Part shown: piece after piece, positions 61,210 to 64,000 of the stretch | Layout: each line of letters opens with the position of its first letter | Numbering within the stretch: position 1 is the first letter of the stretch | Translations under genes and position numbers: made by a program | Notes under the pieces: model-generated | Told to the model about the DNA's origin: nothing | Databases searched by the model: none | What the model saw: the letters and a program-made list of their open reading frames with translations, nothing else | Virus record (IMG/VR): IMGVR_UViG_3300047480_000789 | Source: an uncultured virus (IMG/VR IMGVR_UViG_3300047480_000789) | Lineage: Duplodnaviria > Heunggongvirae > Uroviricota > Caudoviricetes | DNA length: 64,000 bases | Direction: 5' to 3' (one strand)

Positions 61210-61899
61210 TTAGTTTTGGTCTTTAAATTTAAAACCTAAATTTTTGAATTTCATAAACTCAGGCATTTTATTTTTTTTATCACCCTCTTCACCCAATGCT
61301 TTAGGTTTTGGTGTGTGCTTCGGCTCAAAAGGATTTTCTCTTTTTGGTTTACCTGGTTTTGTTGTTGGTTTTTCTCTAACAGGGGTATCAGTATCAGGTT
61401 TTGAAGGTTCCCCCTTGTTTTCGGTTATTTTAACTTTAATGAGTTCCATAATTTCATTTTTTGAAGTGAAACTATGAAATTTTTCATTTTCAACCAAACC
61501 TTTTATCCATTTTTTTATTTGACTTTCCTTTAACTTTTTCGAATCCATAAATTCAGGAATATTATTATGACCCTTAGTGATTTTTTTACCAAAGCTAGGA
61601 GATTCTTCTAAATGTGAATGATCACATTTACAATTTTTAATTGTTTTACCACAATCTTCACATTTTTTAACATCATCATTTTTCTTTTCTCTCAATTCAA
61701 CATTAAGACCTTGATCTGTTAATTTTTTAACGTCATTTGGGTTTGAAGTTACTTTTGACATAACAACACTACCCTTTTTTACTTGTTCACTTAACATTCT
61801 TTCCGCTAAATTCACAAGTTGTTTATCGTTTAATTTAACTAATGTTTTTTCTGATAAACCCTCGGCAATCAATTTACCTACTATAACGTCTCTTTTCAT
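61210..61899 (-). CDS. Lys/Pro-rich hypothetical protein
   Basis: 229 aa; CEDC...CKC cluster. Confidence 0.6.
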   Translation of the reverse strand: MKRDVIVGKLIAEGLSEKTLVKLNDKQLVNLAERMLSEQVKKGSVVMSKVTSNPNDVKKLTDQGLNVELREKKNDDVKKCEDCGKTIKNCKCDHSHLEESPSFGKKITKGHNNIPEFMDSKKLKESQIKKWIKGLVENEKFHSFTSKNEIMELIKVKITENKGEPSKPDTDTPVREKPTTKPGKPKRENPFEPKHTPKPKALGEEGDKKNKMPEFMKFKNLGFKFKDQN

Positions 61900-62297
61900 A
61901 TATTCTTGAATTTTATTTCTTCATTTAAAAGAATGTAACTTCTTTGTTTTAATTTTTTAGTGACACTTTCAATAGACTCACCAAATTTAAAAGTAAGTCT
62001 TTCATTTTCAGATTCAAAATCAAACTTCTCCCAAGCCATTGCAATTACACCATCTACAGCATCAATAACTCCGAAATAATCGGAGTTTTGAATAAGTTCT
62101 AATTGTAAATCTGTATTTTTTAAAAGTCCCACTAAATCAATATATTCAATATCTGGTGATTTTGGTTCTACACTTAAAGATGCTGGAACCTTGAACCATA
62201 CGTCCATATCTATTTCAGTACTATTGCTGAATATAAATTCGTATTGTTTTTGTCCTTTGTAATCTTCACCGATTTCATTGACATATATCAAATGCAT
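61896..62297 (-). CDS. Hypothetical protein
   Basis: 133 aa, translationally coupled. Confidence 0.65.
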   Translation of the reverse strand: MHLIYVNEIGEDYKGQKQYEFIFSNSTEIDMDVWFKVPASLSVEPKSPDIEYIDLVGLLKNTDLQLELIQNSDYFGVIDAVDGVIAMAWEKFDFESENERLTFKFGESIESVTKKLKQRSYILLNEEIKFKNI

Positions 62298-63307
62298 TAG
62301 TTGAAATGTTTACTTAAAATCTCGTTTGTCATTTTATTGATTTCATCCTTAATTTCATCCAAATCAAGTTCTTTTATTTCATCTTCGTCATTTACCGATT
62401 CAGATGAAACCTCTTCGTCAGTCTCTTTAATTGAATACTTACTTAAGTTAATTTCATCAGTGTCCATTGGAGTACTAATAAATTCTTCCAATGCATTAAT
62501 TCCCACATATTCATCAATATCAGATTCAGGTTCATCAGCCGGCTCTTCAGAAGGAAGTTCATTTGGTACATCTTGACTACCTTTTTCATCTTCTTCTCTT
62601 TCGAATTTTTTACCGATTTCTTCGATATCTTCGTCATCTAATTTATCCAAATCGACAGCGGAGATTATCATATTTAAAATGTATTTAATATCATCACTCT
62701 CCATCTTATCTTGTAAATCTCTCAATTCCTGACCTAATTTACCTGCATATTTTTGTGCCTCGGCCATATATGACGATCTTTTACCTTCATCTTCACCACC
62801 TTCTTGAGATATTGAGTCTGATGGTACATCTGACGGTAAATCATTACCAATTGACGTGTCATCACTCATATCAGGCACCTCCTCACCTGAATCGTCAGGT
62901 GTTGGTACAGGTGGTAAATCCATTGATGGTTCCGCAATTGGAGCTTCCGCTTGTGGCTTAGTTTGTTTTAAAACATACTTTGTGGCTTCTTGTAATTCTT
63001 CTTGACCTTTTAACAATTCAAGTCTTTTATAAGCTTCAGCGTACGACGAGAATTTGTTTTTATTCTTCATAAACATACCACCAATATAATCTAATGATGA
63101 TTCATTTAAACCTCTTTTAACGTAGTATCCGTCTTTTTCTTTTACTACACCATAAACTCCACCTGTTTTAGATTCTTTCACTAATTCAGTTGTTTTTGAG
63201 GAATTACTTTTATTATTGTTGTTTTTAAAGTAAGTAAGTTCAAGGATTCTTTTTAATTTGTCGTCCCCATTTAATTTCTCACTACCTAGTGGTTTTAAAT
63301 CTCCCAT
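62297..63307 (-). CDS. Acidic hypothetical protein, possible head-internal protein
   Basis: 336 aa; TATTTATA upstream at 63343-63350. Confidence 0.65.
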   Translation of the reverse strand: MGDLKPLGSEKLNGDDKLKRILELTYFKNNNNKSNSSKTTELVKESKTGGVYGVVKEKDGYYVKRGLNESSLDYIGGMFMKNKNKFSSYAEAYKRLELLKGQEELQEATKYVLKQTKPQAEAPIAEPSMDLPPVPTPDDSGEEVPDMSDDTSIGNDLPSDVPSDSISQEGGEDEGKRSSYMAEAQKYAGKLGQELRDLQDKMESDDIKYILNMIISAVDLDKLDDEDIEEIGKKFEREEDEKGSQDVPNELPSEEPADEPESDIDEYVGINALEEFISTPMDTDEINLSKYSIKETDEEVSSESVNDEDEIKELDLDEIKDEINKMTNEILSKHFN

Positions 63308-63378
63308 TTTATAATTTTGTTAAGATATACTTATTCTTATCCTATAAATACATTGATATATAGAAAAAATAAGGTTCT

Positions 63379-64000
63379 TTATTGTGTTATAGACAATTTC
63401 CTGTCTACGATGTCCGTTTTAAGCTTTAATAACTTTCCAATATAATTATTCCTTCTTAATAATTTAAATGTAAGGTTTTCATATGAATATTCACCACCCG
63501 AATCTAAACCACTTTGTCTGAATTTTTTAAGTTTCTTTCTCAAGTCATCAATTTTAGTTAACACATCAACACCTTTATTTGACAATTCAATTAATTTATC
63601 AATTTTATCTCCGTATTCAAGACCCTTCTCAATGATAAGTCTATCATCAATATTCGGTTGATTTTTTTCAGGTTTTATTAACCATTGATTGTTAAGTATA
63701 GAGTAAACTCCCGATGAAATATGATCTTCGTCCACATCTTGAACATAAACCTCAACATCATATCCTTTAATGGTGATATTGTGTGTTTCATTCCAAACAT
63801 TCTTTTTTGCATCAAAAAACTCTTTCACAATTTTATTTACACCCGTAAGTTTTTTATCAACAATTTCGTCAAAATCAATAAGAATATGTAAATCTACGTC
63901 AGAAAAATTAGACCAATTGTAATTTGCTAATGAACCGGTTAATACTATGTCGTGTATAAAGAATTCCACCCCTAACGAATCGATAAAATTATCCGATATT
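63379..64000 (-). CDS. Pol-beta-superfamily nucleotidyltransferase (start lies beyond the window)
   Basis: LTGSLANYNW...SDVDLH (GS...DxD) and VEVYVQD; the frame stays open to the window edge. Confidence 0.8.
   Translation of the reverse strand, partial: ISDNFIDSLGVEFFIHDIVLTGSLANYNWSNFSDVDLHILIDFDEIVDKKLTGVNKIVKEFFDAKKNVWNETHNITIKGYDVEVYVQDVDEDHISSGVYSILNNQWLIKPEKNQPNIDDRLIIEKGLEYGDKIDKLIELSNKGVDVLTKIDDLRKKLKKFRQSGLDSGGEYSYENLTFKLLRRNNYIGKLLKLKTDIVDRKLSITQ

Noticed and set aside
2..62961. Numerous short ORFs antisense to or nested in long genes (e.g. 2..196, 14407..14808, 27950..28456, 53329..53895)
   Set aside because: Shadow frames of well-supported genes, with no recognisable motifs or expression signals.
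1..64000. Stop-codon reassignment as in some large Bacteroidota phages
   Set aside because: Core genes are full length in code 11, and TAG ends dUTPase and PhoH at their natural C-termini.

Overview
AT-rich 64 kb segment of a large T4-like myophage, read with the standard code 11; no tRNA or CRISPR array seen. It holds the head module on the minus strand (terminase large subunit, portal, prohead protease, scaffold, major capsid protein) with an oppositely oriented ribosomal protein bS21 gene inside it. It also holds the contractile tail, neck and baseplate module (sheath, tube, chaperone, tape measure, large baseplate proteins, gp5-like spike) and replication genes (RecA/UvsX, gp32-like SSB, SNF2 helicase, family B polymerase). 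An accessory block carries three glycosyltransferases, dUTPase, PhoH, a HAD-fold protein and a gp55-like sigma factor; dCMP deaminase, a flavodoxin-fold reductase and a Pol-beta-like nucleotidyltransferase lie elsewhere. bS21 in the head module, few Shine-Dalgarno signals and TTTR-N19-TATATTT promoters suggest a Bacteroidota host (inference). Main observations: (1) a short helical tag shared by the scaffold C-terminus and unrelated late proteins, next to protease-type cleavage sites, suggesting a capsid cargo-loading system; (2) an ATG-less 49-codon frame reachable by a +1 shift at UUU_CGC in the tail chaperone; (3) about 20 copies of a sense-strand TATTTATW late motif, the reverse complement of the T4 late promoter; (4) a perfect 32-bp palindrome that makes bS21 and its convergent neighbour both end in KNGLN. 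Product calls rest on motif recognition and synteny only; no database searches were run.
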